Shown: positions 23,572 through 36,789, counted from the first letter of the stretch. The stretch: 64,000 nt of DNA from Plasmodiophora brassicae (GCA_036867785.1 CP145424.1:620001-684000), one strand, 5' to 3'. Notes: generated from the sequence alone by a model not told the origin. Made by a program: numbers and translations.

Positions 23572-25130
23572 CTATTCCAACCTCAGCACTGCCGCAGTCC
23601 CGGCGTTATGCGACTTCTGCGATTTCGTGACGTTTGCAACAATGCTGGGCGTCGTTGATGGTACCAGGGTGAACCGGGGCTTAAACATGGCAACTCGGAA
23701 CGCGCTGTCCAGAGAGCGGCCAATGTAGGCCAACGAGAAACTGACCGTCCGGCCCGAAGTCGTGAGTAGAAACACGGGAGACACTGCCATCAGCGCGGTT
23801 CCACTGCACACCATTATTGTCGACAGGGACATGCCCAGAGCGCAGCGACTCAATCGCCCCAGGATTTGGTCCGTACCAGTGCTTCGCCCAGCGGCCTGCG
23901 CTGTCTGCTCCTGGACGTTACGTACAATCCAGTAGTACCGAAGGACACCTGCCAGGACGTGCAGACTGACCGTCAGCTGAACCAGGAACATTATGCCGGA
24001 CGCGAGCTTCGAGAGCAGCGCCATATCGTAGTAAATCGCGAAGACGATGCTGATCGCTGTGTCCATCGCGACAGGGATGACTAAAAGCGCTGCGAAGGTG
24101 ATAGGGTAGTCTCCTCGCAGGATCCGATTAAGCAGCGATTTCGAGTCGACGATCTGCTTAGCGTGCCGGACCCAAACCGACGCCGATAACAACGAGGACG
24201 CGGATCCCCACCCACCAAGCAGGCTCAGAAAGAACTCGCCGACCGGATATGACAGGTACGGTGTGCTGTGAAACCCTCCGATAGCAAGCGCGATCCCTGA
24301 TACCGTCGCCGTGATCATCTCGACGACCAGGACTGTGTGTGCCCGAGTGAACGACCCGCTGGTATGCGTGGCCCACCTTGATAATGACCGACGTGAGACC
24401 GGGACGGCGCTCCTATATTGACGGTCGATGATGCGCATGTGGAAAGCAAAGAACACAGCAGCAGTCACTCCCGATGCAATCATGATGGCACTGGGCAGGA
24501 TCCGGATGAAGATTTGATAACGCCATGATGCGAATGTGGCCTGCCAAACATTGACATCGGGGGAGACGGTGGCATTCTGCCCAGGCCCATCTGTTATCAG
24601 TGCGTTGTACAGGTCAATGCTCGGTCCGATCTGCAGGAATAGCATTGGAAGGTCGCGAGTGTGGGCTCCTTTGGACCCATCGTTGCTGTACAGGTCGTAG
24701 GAAGGAATCCCGCCCACAAACGGCACTGTATATATAGCAGTCAGAACAATAGGGTGACAAGCTGCTGGTACTTACAAATGACAGCAGAGGCTCCGGTGGC
24801 GTAGAGCGTCAGGTACCGGTCCTCGAAAGAGCATCCGGCGCCTGACGCGGCCGCAGTCGTGGCAAACAGAACGCATCCTGGCGCACGCATTACCATTGGC
24901 TTGCACATGTCGCCGTCGAAGAGCACGATCGGTCCGCTTCGGGCGCTGTTGACGACCCCAGGCTGCGGTCCCACGAACGAGGTCAGTGGCGTTGCGTACA
25001 AATCCAGGGCGAAGAGTGGGCTGCCAGGGGGCACTGTGAGGAACGTCACCGAGCTGCGTACGCCTGCAATGTTGAATGCCAAGTGGGCCACCGCTACCAG
25101 CGAGGCCAGCGACCAGGTCCCGCACAGCAT
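23572..25130 (-). CDS. Signal peptide + PA-like ectodomain + 7TM receptor-like protein, copy 1 (one intron ~24728-24775)
   Basis: Hydrophobic N-terminus, C...GCVLF...GCSFEDRY...GASAVI PA-like segment and seven hydrophobic stretches; clearly homologous to 62522-63997. Confidence 0.7.
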
Positions 25131-25191
25131 TGTGTGCCAAGAGTAATGCCCATGCGATCAAACACGGGTACTATATTTTGGCGGATTATTA

Positions 25192-25330
25192 GAGCATCTC
25201 CAACGGGACCCGCTATCGCTATTATAGCGAGCTGCCCGGCACAAAAGATGCCCCAACGGGGCTCGCTATCGCTAATCTAAACGCTGCCCGTCTCAAAGGC
25301 TCGCTATTCTGGCGCGAATAGCGAGTCGCT
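25192..25330 (+). mobile_element. Possible PIF/Harbinger (Tourist-like) terminus with subterminal cgctat repeats
   Basis: tta|GAGCATCTCCAAC at 25189-25204, then repeated cgctat/atagcg motifs; partner TIR not found. Confidence 0.4.
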
Positions 25331-26594
25331 CGGCCTAGGACGGGCTGGACCGTTTGGCTGGAACATCCTATGGGCTGCCAGCGCAATCTCGCGAATAGTG
25401 TTCAACGTGGCGGCGTAATCGGGCCGCGTTCGATCAACGGCAAGTTGACGACGCGCCGGGACGTCAAACTCCCCAATGGACATATAGGATGCCTCCTATT
25501 TCTTAGCATACTCTATTACCGAAGACATTCCCGCGATCATCCTCGTCGACGTGCAGCTCGAGCTTCTCGATCTCTTCAGCAACGCGTCGCGCAGCCAGAG
25601 ATTCTTGAGTAGCCGCGATAAAAGCTTAAGGCGCTCTGAGAAGCTGCTTCGTTTCAAACGAGCGAGGCGAATGCATGGGGTCATGCACATAATTCGGACA
25701 ATGTCTGAAATTGCTGAGCAGACCAACTGAGTAGTGTAGACGTCGAAACCCGGGGGGCACGGAAGCCACATCATCGTCCTTGAGACACAGGTCGGCACGC
25801 AGCTCGTGACGTGAATGCACGTCAGCTAGCCGACAATGCGTCGAGAGACTTCACCATTTCGTCATAGTCCCCAAAACTGTAATAAACGAACGCTCGTCAG
25901 TGCATTCAGTCATTTCGTTAGCGCACTCACGATCCGTTGGGCGCCTGACGACGACAACATTGATGCCCTTTCGGCCCATCACTGCGTAATTGTCACCGTC
26001 TTGTACCGGGTGCCAGGCCACGGTCCGCTTCAGATAATTGTTCAGGTCGGGGACGTCGCACTTTACGGGCCCTCTGTCGATCTGGACAACTACTTGACTC
26101 AAATCGCTGCATCGTTCCATCGCGCTCACCTACCACCCTATCGGATCGTCTGGCGTTTATGGAAGCGGACGGTCAGTACTTCGACTCCAAACCGCGTCTC
26201 CAGCCGTCATCGTATTCATGGTCCGGGGCGCTTCTCGTTGGCCACATTCGTCGAAGCTAGTTCGTACTGTCACGCTGGTCGATGCGGAACGTTATCGTGC
26301 AGTGTTGTCCTCACTCCTCACAGAAGTGAATGTCCGTGCACGTCTGGGAGTGACACTGAGGAACCTATTTCGGGAGCCCGCGCTTGACGGGGGGGGGGGG
26401 GGGGGGGGGTGTCTGATTCAGAAGGGTGAAAAAATCGATGGCGTCCGGTAATATGTGATGCTTTGGATGAGTCATTTGGCAAGTGGGTGTGTGGGGTGTG
26501 TGTCAGGGGGCGCGTGCCTGCTGGAATCATCACGACCTGGGTGGAGCGTGCGGCCTGGCGAGCACATTGATTGAGGTTCGCTGCACCAACGACC

Positions 26595-29002
26595 ATGGCT
26601 GCCGTGACGTTTACGCCCGCCGAGCTCGAGCACTTCCAGGACGAGTTCTCGTCGTTCGACCTGAACGGCGATGGGACCATTGACGTTCGTGAACTGGAGG
26701 ATATTCTGCGGAACCTGAATGAGTTCAAGGACGCGGCGCAGCTCAAGGCCCTCATTGCTGAGGTACACTGTTTGCCCGTCGCCACCGCTGTACCGTTCAA
26801 CATCGCCTCATAGGTCGACTCTGATCGATCGGGGTCGATTGAATTCAACGAGTTCCTGGCGGTGATCTCGTCGATTCGCACGGGAACAACGAACAACGCC
26901 GCCGGCTTCGCCAAGGTCTACGAGAAACAGAAAGAGCTGATTCAGATCAAGGGCAAGGCAGGCGGTGTACACTCGTTCTCGCAGGAGGAGATGACCGCCT
27001 TTTCGATCCACATCAACACCCTTCTCGGTGACGATGCCGATCTGAAGTCAGTGGCAGCTATGGGTCTTAGTGCCTGCAGCGGTGTCACATTGCGTTTCCC
27101 AGGTACCTGCTTCCGATCGACCCGACCGGGCTGGAGCTGGCGAAGAAGGTCAGCGATGGTGTCCTTCTGTCTAAGGTCATCAACAAGGCCGTTCCGGATA
27201 CGATTGACGAGCGCGCGCTGAACAAGCAGAAGGGCGGCAAGCCTTTGTCTTTGTTCCAGGTCGGATCCCACGCCGTCTAACTCACGACGGATGTTCTGAA
27301 CAAAATCGGCAGATCAACGAGAACTTGAACCTTGTGATTGCGTCCGCCAAGGCGATCGGTATACAGACGATCAACTTGGGTTCCAGCGAGCTCGTCCAAG
27401 GCTCCGAGCACCCTCACCTGGTTCTTGGTCTCGTATGGCAGCTCGGTATGGGGCACACATCGATCTGTTGGCATCCTCTAATCTCTTGAAACGCCAGTCA
27501 AGTTGCAACTTCTGAACACGATCAACCTGAAGAACCACCCAGAGCTGGTTCGCCTGTTGGCTGAGGGCGAGGAGCTTGCCGACCTTCTCAAGTTGCCTCC
27601 GGACCAACTGCTACTTCGTTGGTTCAACTACCACCTGAAGCGTGCAGGCCACCCGAAAACCATCACAAATTTCGGCATGGACGTCAAGGACTCCGAGGCG
27701 TACACGATTCTGCTCAACCAGATCGCTCCTCAGAAGTGTGACAAGTCGGCGCTGAACGAGAAGGACTTGACCAAGCGTGCTGAGAAGGTGTTGCGCAACG
27801 CCGGACTGCTCAATGTCAGCACTTTCATTCAGGTATGTGGTGATATCGTCGGGTTTGCCATCGTGTGTATTGAAGGCTCGTACAACAGCCTCGTGACATT
27901 GTCAAGGCCAACATGCGGTTGAACCTTGCGTTCACTGCGTCGATTTTCAACACCTGTCCAGGGTTGGACCCGTTGACCGAGGAAGAGGCGATGGAACTCG
28001 CTGGCATGATGGACGACGACTTCGGCGACAGCCGGGAAGAGAGAGGTTTGGCCGCGCTTGCGAGGCTCTGGAACGTCCTAAATGACATGTGGACGCAGCG
28101 TACCGCATGTGGATCAACACCCTCGGATTGCACGAAGTATATGTCAACGGTCTCTATGAGGACTGCAAGGACGGTCTTGTCCTTCTCAAAGGTCGCAGCG
28201 TGAAGCGTACAATCTCCCTCGTTTGACTCACGATTCTGTGCGCCCTCAGTCATTGACCACATCGAGCCCGGTACCGTTGACTGGAACAAGGTGGAAAAGA
28301 AGCCGACGAACAAGTTCAAGCGCATCTCGAACGCGAACTATGTTATCGTGCTCGGCAAACAACTCAAGTTCAGCTTGGTTGGTATCGGCGGCACTGATAT
28401 CGTCGATGGCAACAAGAAGCTTGTCCTAGCGTTCACCTGGTCGGGTGCCTACCCCCCGTTTTACCTATTGCTTACCTTTAACGGTCGAAATGCTAGGCAA
28501 CTCATGCGTCATCACATTATCAAGTTCTTGACAACATTGGGTGGTGGCGTTGTGATGTCGGATGAAAAGATCATCCAGTGGGCGAACGAGAAGGTTGACA
28601 TTCGACGTTCGTCATTGTTCATGCTTTTAAAGTCTATGGAAACTGTAGGTTGAGAAGGCTGGTCGGTCGACGCGAATGGCGACCTTCAAGGACTCAGCAC
28701 TGAAGACCTCAGAATTCTTCTTTGACCTGCTGTACGCTATTGAGAACCGTATCATCAACTGGGAGGTAATCCTGAGCTTGTTCACGGAAAGTATGGAGTC
28801 GTTTTGACTTGAGGGATAGCTCGTGACGCCGGCTCAGACCAAAGAAGACCAGTTGCTGAACGCGCGCTACGCCATTTCAGTGGCGCGTAAGCTCGGATCG
28901 ATCATCTTCCTTCTGCCCGAAGACATTGTCGAGGTCAAGCAGAAGATGATGTTGACGTTCGTCGCCGGCATCATGGCCGCCGCCCTGACGGCCAAGAAAT
29001 AG
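26595..29002 (+). CDS. Fimbrin/plastin actin-bundling protein (multi-exon)
   Basis: EF hands ([23 protein letters not shown]) and four CH domains ([85 protein letters not shown]). Confidence 0.95.
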
Positions 29003-29153
29003 ACCGGCGTTGATTGCAGCGTTCAGCAAAGGGCCTACCTGTCCACCAATACACACCCGATCCTGGTTATCTGAAGATTAATCGTCAAGTGATTAATCCC
29101 GCCTAGAACGGGCACACAGGTTCGGGAGTCAACGTCGAGACCTCACAACTGAC

Positions 29154-29576
29154 ATGCAGCTCTATGTAATCATGCTCACCGCCTGCGGTGCCGCTTTCGC
29201 GCTCGCAGCGCCTTCTCCACCATTCCAGCTGTCCACAGAATGTCTCTCCGATTTACGGCAGCTGAACAATGACTTTGTGGAATTGAACCGCGATCGGAAG
29301 TTCAAGAAGCTTATTGGGTTCGAGATGCCGATGTCGTTCCACGATATCGCGAGGCGTCCAGGCTGGGTGGCGCGATGCGATCCGAGCCAAAAGTACCGAA
29401 ATTTCATCAAGGAACAGTATCACTTCCATATCTTCCGGTCGACGGAAGCTGTTGAGTTCGTGGCCCTCCTGGCAGCGAATGCCACATCGCCTCACCAACA
29501 GCGTCCTAATAGCGCTCGGGCACCCGCACCGCTAGGTGTCACAATTGGCGTTCTGCTTGCAGCATTATCTTTGTAA
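29154..29576 (+). CDS. Small secreted, possibly GPI-anchored protein
   Basis: Signal peptide MQLYVIMLTACGAAFALA, two Cys in the mature part, hydrophobic tail LGVTIGVLLAALSL. Confidence 0.6.
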   Translation: MQLYVIMLTACGAAFALAAPSPPFQLSTECLSDLRQLNNDFVELNRDRKFKKLIGFEMPMSFHDIARRPGWVARCDPSQKYRNFIKEQYHFHIFRSTEAVEFVALLAANATSPHQQRPNSARAPAPLGVTIGVLLAALSL

Positions 29577-29592
29577 ACCACATTACACTTGT

Positions 29593-30300
29593 TTATGACG
29601 ATGCAACGTATGGTGCGTCGGGGACATCGGGAAGCCGCTCGATGGCGTACTTGTGCGCCCGAATGAACATAATGGGCACGCCTGGAACCTTCCGAAGACG
29701 ACGCTTCAGGTCCTTGTCGCATGTCGCGACTATATAACATTTGTGTTGCTCGGCACGTGCCACGAGGCAGTCGTCAGCGTACGTGCCTTTGTGTTGGCAG
29801 GGTAGCCTCTTGAACCGCGGGTCCTTCGCTATCCTGAAAACGAATGGGAATATAAGAACAAGTAATTGGCAGTGCCTCTTCAGCGTACCTGAGCGCGAGT
29901 CGGTACTTCGGGCCGAGTTTTTCCAGTTCCCCCATGACGCAATCCGTTATGCACGGCGTGCACTTCGCCAGAAGGCAATCCATCATTCCTCGTACGATTT
30001 CAAGGCGGTTCTGAATCGACGCGTTGATGAAGTTTGTATCGATGAGGATGTGATACGGTGGGCCTAGCAACAATAACAGGTCAGACGCACACTCAGGTGG
30101 GAACGTACGCTCCGGATACCGAGGGCGGTGTTGTACTTAAAGAACAGCGCAGGCGATATCTGTTGAACGCGTCGCACAGCCTTTTCCGTCTTCGACTTAT
30201 CGTTTGCCCCTTTGTCAGCATTGGCCTTCAACCGGGAGTCCTTCGGGTTCAGCAGACGCTTCACTTGAGCAAATTTCCTCGTGCGCCTGGCCTTCCCCAT
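29593..30300 (-). CDS. FCF1: rRNA-processing PIN-domain protein FCF1/UTP24 (spliced)
   Basis: MGKARRTRKFAQVKR, LGPPYHILIDTNFIN, CITDCVMGELEKLG, KGTYADDCL, RKVPGVPIMFI. Confidence 0.95.
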
Positions 30301-30523
30301 TGTGACAATACTTTCGGAGTCCGCCACGGACTCCGTGGCAGGTACAACCACTTAAACATCGTTACCTTTCGCAGTGTGGCACCCATATGCCAACGGGACC
30401 TACATACATACCGTACAGGCGGGCAAGAGCCGGGACCTAAACGGGATTCGGAATAGGGGGAAGCGTTGCACAAAACGTGTTCTGTACCGATGGATACAGT
30501 CTGCCGCACCTGGTTGTATATTG

Positions 30524-31762
30524 TTAGATTTCAGGTTCCTGCGCTGGGTTGAACTCGACGTACACGACGGCGGCGTCGCTGTCACTGGCTCCGCTACACA
30601 GGCGTCGCAGTTCATCGATTTTCCGTTGCCGAGTTTCTGCTTGTTCAACATCTTTAAAAGAGAGCCACAGGACCCGATCTGTCGCGAGTAGCATGCTGAC
30701 GCTCCCGTCTATAGGTGTAGATGCGACCTTATCCGGCTCCCGACGGAACGGATCCGAGGTCATCGAGCGGAACGGTTCGTTGCGAGGCACGTAAATCTGC
30801 CAGATCGCACGATGATCGTTTGTCAACGAGGACAGCAGCCGGATGTCGTCATCGTTCGGGTCGAATTTGCCTCTGTGGTGTCTCACCATCGCGTTGACAA
30901 CATCCATGTCGCAGTGGTAATCGCCAATGGACCCGTACATCCTCAGACCAGTGATGCCGACCCGGCTGTTGTGGTGCCCTTCAGATTCCACACGACGATA
31001 CGACCGCCCTGCCAGGTCGGCATACAGCATGTTCGCCTTGCTGAACTCCGCCTCGATGCTCTTGGGCAGCAGATCCATGCTTTGCGGCAACGCGTCCACC
31101 ACCTCGTCATCTTCTTTGCGAATCATCCCCACGCTGTCGCCAACCGTCCCGACATGGACTTGACCGTCGGCAACAACCGCCATTGTAGCAGTCGTCCCTC
31201 CTGCGTCGCGAACATCGATCCCTATGCCTTCCAGAGCCTGCCGCTTGATGATCTGGTGCACCTCACGGGGCATCCCCTTCATGATAACGGGAAGGGCATT
31301 GTCATCCTGCTCGGCGATGGACTTCGCCAGAACGTAAGGCAGGTAATGCGCTGCGAGTTGAGCGATCTTCCCGGTCCCGTGCCCGTCGTAGACAGCGAAC
31401 CACGCCACATTCCCAAACCGGTCACGAACTCTCGACGCGACCTCGTTCCAGTAGGAATCGTCCGATGCGAAGCTGGCAGGAAACTGGTCCGAGGACGTCA
31501 ACGCGGCACGGCGCTCGCCGTCTTCGACAAGCCCGGCTACGTCGAAAACGACGTCAGCGTAATCCTGACGAGCACCGCCAGGACGAACCATCGCATACGT
31601 GGACAAGGTCGTCGATCCGATCGCGGCCTCGCCTGTCCAGGTGCAGTCGTCACATGTTGGGAACGCCAGCGGACCACGCGCCGGCACGGGTGCCCCGCCC
31701 ATCGCTGACGTGCTGAACAGGTACGGACCAGCGGCCGCGCGCGATACCGCTCGAGGCAACAT
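30524..31762 (-). CDS. PP2C-like phosphatase, copy 2 (intronless)
   Basis: Paralogue of 19166-20452: FAVYDGHG, GGTTATM, VGDS, LATDRV (DG replaced by DR), SDAAVVYV. Confidence 0.8.
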   Translation of the reverse strand: MLPRAVSRAAAGPYLFSTSAMGGAPVPARGPLAFPTCDDCTWTGEAAIGSTTLSTYAMVRPGGARQDYADVVFDVAGLVEDGERRAALTSSDQFPASFASDDSYWNEVASRVRDRFGNVAWFAVYDGHGTGKIAQLAAHYLPYVLAKSIAEQDDNALPVIMKGMPREVHQIIKRQALEGIGIDVRDAGGTTATMAVVADGQVHVGTVGDSVGMIRKEDDEVVDALPQSMDLLPKSIEAEFSKANMLYADLAGRSYRRVESEGHHNSRVGITGLRMYGSIGDYHCDMDVVNAMVRHHRGKFDPNDDDIRLLSSLTNDHRAIWQIYVPRNEPFRSMTSDPFRREPDKVASTPIDGSVSMLLATDRVLWLSFKDVEQAETRQRKIDELRRLCSGASDSDAAVVYVEFNPAQEPEI

Positions 31763-31859
31763 GACAACGCCGACCGTCACCAACGCCACCTCGCCTCCGC
31801 CAGCTGTTTATAGTGTTTGCAACCAGTCGCTTATGGAACGTATGTATTCTACCTACCAA

Positions 31860-34236
31860 TCACATCGCTAATCGCGTGTCGGCAGCAGCTGGGTCTGTTG
31901 GGGCAGTCGGACGGCACGACGTCGCCCGCAGACGTGCGACCTGCTGTAAGGCGGCGCGCACAGCGGCCTCCAAGGCGTCCAGGCGCTCGATGGACGTCGT
32001 TCCACTGCGCGTGCTGGACGCTGACGCGTCATCACGACCCGATTCACGACTGTCTCGTCCGCTTCGACCGAGGTCCCATTTCTCGCTGCGTCGTTGGGCA
32101 GGGTCGCGCGAAGGCTACGGTGCGGGGTTAGCACTGACGGCGCCCTGTGAGGTGCGGGTACGCCCACGCACCCTAGCTGGCATCCGAACGAAGGACTGAT
32201 CCTGGCCCTGGTGCGACCGTTTCACATGAACCAGGTTGGACAGGTCGGCTTCCGCCTTCTCCAGGAGGGTGTTCGTGATGCCTTCATACGTCCCGATGAT
32301 CCTGCAACGCAGCGTATGAGATGCTGCCCCCCACCTGGCGACACGACGCGCGCCATACAACCTCAACATCGTCTCGATGGGGACCTTGAGCAGTGTGGAT
32401 TCGCCCAGGCTGCGAAGGCTATAGACCCAGGAGTTGGTCAGGAACATGCCAATCTCGCCGACGCTGGCCCCCGTCAGGAACTTCTGGTACACAATGCTCG
32501 AATTGCCGGACGACACGGCCGCGACCTGGCCCTTCACGACCAGGTACCTGCATGCAAACGTCAGCGGTTGCGGGCCTCGCCCAGCCGAAACCAAGACGTA
32601 CCAGGCATCACACGGGTACCCGTACGTGGCAATGTACTGGCCTGGGCGAACACGAACGGTTTCGCCCACTGACAGCACATCCGTTTCGAGGTTCGGGTTA
32701 CCCACCAATTTGAAGAATTCCGACTTTGCGATCAGCTGAACATACGCGAATGAATACGGGGGAGCCAAACGATAGATATGGATGGACCAACCTCCGCGTA
32801 TAAGTGCTCGATGACTTCACGTCGCAGATCGGGCGTCATATCGGCCAAGACGAGGCTTTGGTCAACGGGTTCTCGATGGTCGCGCTTGTACAGCAAGCCC
32901 AGCTCGCGAACGACGCGAGTCTGGAGACTCCTCGGCAAGGATTTGTGGCTCAGGAACTGGCTGACCAGGTGCATCCGCTCCCGGTATGCGGCGCTGTGCT
33001 TGTCAGCCGTCTCCAATATGGAACTGCGGCCGAACCCTTTTAGATACAAACGTGGCACTGGGGACATCTCGTGCAACCAACCTGACCGTCGCAGTGACGT
33101 ACGATATGATGATGGCGCCCGTCGTGAACGCAACCACGGCGACCACTAACTCGCCAGTGGAATGCCCAGACACATCTCCATAGCCGAGCGTGCACAGCGT
33201 CTGCCACGCCCAGTCTGCGAGACCATGGTCAGCGCAGGCGCGGCAGACGACGTAAGCGCAACCTTACACAAGGAGACCAGGTACTGATACGTCTGCGGTT
33301 GCGACAGGATCTCGCCGTTGAACGACCGGTCCAGCCACGACTGGTCTGGGTCCGCTTCGTAGCCGACCCGGTACCAGATGCAGGCGGATAGGTGTGCAGC
33401 GCCCAGCAGCATGATGAAGAGCTTGAGCCCGCGTACGACGCCCTGGTGTACGAGCGGGTTGTACTCGAGGTCGTAGAACATCCTCTGGGCGCGACGCGCT
33501 CGTAGCGTTTTCGCCATGCGAAGAACGCGCAGGGTCAGCCTGGGAAACTTGAGCCCCTGGCTAATGGCGCCGATCGCCGAGAAGGCGCCGTTCGGGGGCA
33601 GTATAAGCGAATACGGCAACGACGCCAGCAGGTCGATCAGGAACCATCCTGTCAGGTACCTCGTCGCGATCCGCTTCAGGGATACGATGAGGTCGCCGTC
33701 GGCGCCTTCATAAGCGGTGAAGAAGGTCAGGAGAAGGTCGGCGAGGTAGAGAAAGTCAATAACGATGTCCAGCGTCGATTCCGGGTCGTCCGGGTGGAAC
33801 GCCACCCGAATGGGCAACACGATGACCGTGTTCAGGAGCAGGCCGATCAGACACAAGTCCCAGGCCCGTTTCACCGGGTGGTCCGGCATTAGAATGTACC
33901 AAGGCGCGACGACCTGTCGGCACGACATCTCAGAACCAGTATGCTGCCGAGGTGGACAACGTGGACCTCTCGGTGCCGATCTTCGACCGCGGATCGCAGT
34001 GCTTCGGCGAAGGTGCCGATGATGGCATCGGACGACAGCAATTCGTCGGAGCGTTGCTGCTCGATCCGCTTCTTGCCTTCCGCCAATGCCAGAGCCTTGA
34101 ACCGTCCGAGGTTCGAGGACGACGACGCTTTCGCGGGATCCAGCGGCTCCGACCGTTGACCGGTCTGGTCAACGATGCGTTGTCGCTCGTCACGGCCGGC
34201 CGACGAACTGCCAGGCGTGATTGACGTGCCCGACAT
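31860..34236 (-). CDS. Voltage-gated K+/cyclic-nucleotide-binding-domain channel, copy A (multi-exon)
   Basis: S1-S4 (LRVLRMAKTLR), pore TLCTLGYGDV, C-linker (LPRSLQTRV...DMTPDLRREV), CNBD (GEIG) and C-terminal coiled coil. Confidence 0.88.
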
Positions 34237-34377
34237 CGTCGTATTACGGAACGTGTGCGCCCCCCCAGTCAGCAACAGTATCGATCGAGCAAAGCGTACC
34301 ATAGATCCCATCGCCTACCAGCAATTGCAGAGGAAGACGCAAGGTCTACCTCGATGGGCGACGTTTGTTTATGATAT

Positions 34378-36789
34378 CTAGGTAGCAGGTAAGGATGCAC
34401 GCTGGAGCGAGCCGGCCTTCAGACGGTTTATCTGCTGTAGGGCGACGCGTACAGCGCTCTCCATGGCCTCCAAGCGTTCGCCGATCGTGGCGACACCGAA
34501 CCCTGATATCGAAGCGTCGCGGCTTGATTCCCGACTGTGAGAGCCGGCGCCGAGGTTCCACTTGCCGCTCTGACGTGGTGTCGCCGGGCTAGGTTCGTGC
34601 AGAGCCTACGTGCGACTTAGGGCATGTAGCCTGCCCCGGCAATGTATACAGACGTACCGCAGCTGGCGACCGGACGGCGGCCTGAATCCCATCCTGACGG
34701 GTCCGCTTCACACGAATCAAGTTGGATAGGTCGCGCTCCGCCTTCTCCAACATTTTGTTCGTGACGCCTTCGTACGTCCCGAAGATCCTGAGGCAGCAAC
34801 AAACAGCATCAGACGCCGCTTCGCTATTTACAACGTGCGCAAATCGACGGCCACCTGAACATTGTCTGAAGCGGGACCTTGAGCAGTGTGGATTCGCCCA
34901 GGCTGCGCAGGCTGTAGACCCAGGTATTGGTCAGGAACATACCGACCTCGCCGACACTCGCCCCCATTGGAAACTTTTGATACACGATGCTCGAATTGCC
35001 GGACGATACGGCGGCGACGTGGCCCTTCACAACAAGGTACCTGGATCCATCGATAAGGTGCAATGCCATCCCATCACCCAAATGCAACATACCAGAAATC
35101 GCAAGGGAACCCATATGTTGCAATGTACTGCCCCGGACGAACACGAATGGTTTCTCCCGTTGATAGCACATCCGTCTCGAGACTAGGATTGCTCACCAAC
35201 TTGAAGAACTCCGACTTCTTCAGCAACTGGAAACGACAATGAGTTCAGGGCTGCAGAAGTTCGGAAGGTGGAAGACGAAACCTCTTGGTACAAGTTCCCG
35301 ATTATGTCGTGCCGAAGTTCGGGCGTCATATCAGCCAACAGCACGCCGTAGTCGGCCGGCGCCTTATGCTCGCGCCTGTAGAATGCTCCTAGCTCGCGAA
35401 CGACACGAGTCTGAAGACTCGGAGGTAGACGCTTGTGTGCCAGGAATTGGCTCACCAGGTGCATGCGCTCCCTGTACGTGGCGCTGCTCTTGTCAGCCGC
35501 CTGCAATATAGAGCTGGAATGGTACTGTTTAACGGAGATGCAATGCATGGTTAAGCGAAAGCGGCTGACCTGATCGTTGCAGTGATGTACGAGAAAACTG
35601 TGGCGCCCAGAGTAATGACCACGATGGACGTCAGCAATTCCTCTGTGGAATCCCCTGTGACATCTCCATACCCAACCGTACACAACGTCTGCCAGGCCCA
35701 GTCTGCGATATGGTTGTCAGAATACAGCATTTCTGCGTCCGAAGCAACCTTACACAGGGCGACCAGGTACTGGTAGGTTTGTGGTTGGTCTAGGATCCCA
35801 GTGTGGAAGGAACGATCGAACCAGGACTGGTCCGGGTCTGCGTCGAGCCCGATCCGTATCCAAAGGCACGCGGCGAAGTGCCCGACGACCAGCATCACGA
35901 GAAGGAGCTTGGCGGCGCGTATGATACCCTGGTGCACGTGCGGGTTGTACTCGAGGTCGTAAAAGAGTTTCTGGAAACGGCGCGCGCGTAACATTTTAAC
36001 CATGCGAAGCAAGCGCAGGGTGATCCTGGGAATCTTCAGCCCCCGGCCTATGGCACCGACGGTCGAGAACACGCCGTTATGGGGCAATACCAGCGAATAC
36101 GGGAACGATGCTACCAAATCGACAAGGAACCACCCCTTGACATAGCTCAAGGCGATCTGTTTCGGCGAAACGACCAGTTCACCATCGGCGTCCTCGTAGG
36201 CGGTGACGAAGGTCAAAACAAGGTCGAAGAAGAACACGAAGTCAATGACAGTGTCCATCGTCGAATCGGACGTGTCCGGATGGAATGCGACGCGGATCGG
36301 CAGAACGCTGATTGTGTAGGCGAGTAGACCGATTAGGCAGACCTCCCAACACCGCTTCACGGGGTGGTCGGGCATCAGGACGTACCAAGGCACGACGACC
36401 TGTAGCATGCAACGTCAGAGACAGACGGCCAACGGTACGGATGCGTCGACCTCTCGATGCCGATCCTCGACAGCAGAACGCAACGCCTCGGCGAAGGTGT
36501 TCACGATGGCGTCAGAAGATAGGATTTGCGCAACGCGTTTCTCCTCGACCTTCTTCTTGCCTTCAGCTAGTGCCAGGGCCTTGAACCGGTCAACCTTGGA
36601 CAATGACGCCTCCGAGGCAGCCGACCGATCCAGCGCATTGGTTCGAGCCGACGTTGTTATCGCATCTTGTGCAGTTGCAGGATGGTCTGCTGCCCCAGGC
36701 GCTTCGGAGCCGGGCTGTTGAGGACGTTCGGCACCGTCTCCGGCATCTGGCGAGGCAGTACGCGTAGCCTGCGCCACTCGTGCCAGCAT
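34378..36789 (-). CDS. Voltage-gated K+/cyclic-nucleotide-binding-domain channel, copy B (tandem paralogue)
   Basis: Same architecture and matching intron positions as copy A; pore TLCTVGYGDV; GEVGMFLTNTW. Confidence 0.88.

Noticed and set aside
25490-26400. Possible decayed gene or transposase before the poly-G run
   Set aside because: Fragmented frames with no recognisable motif.
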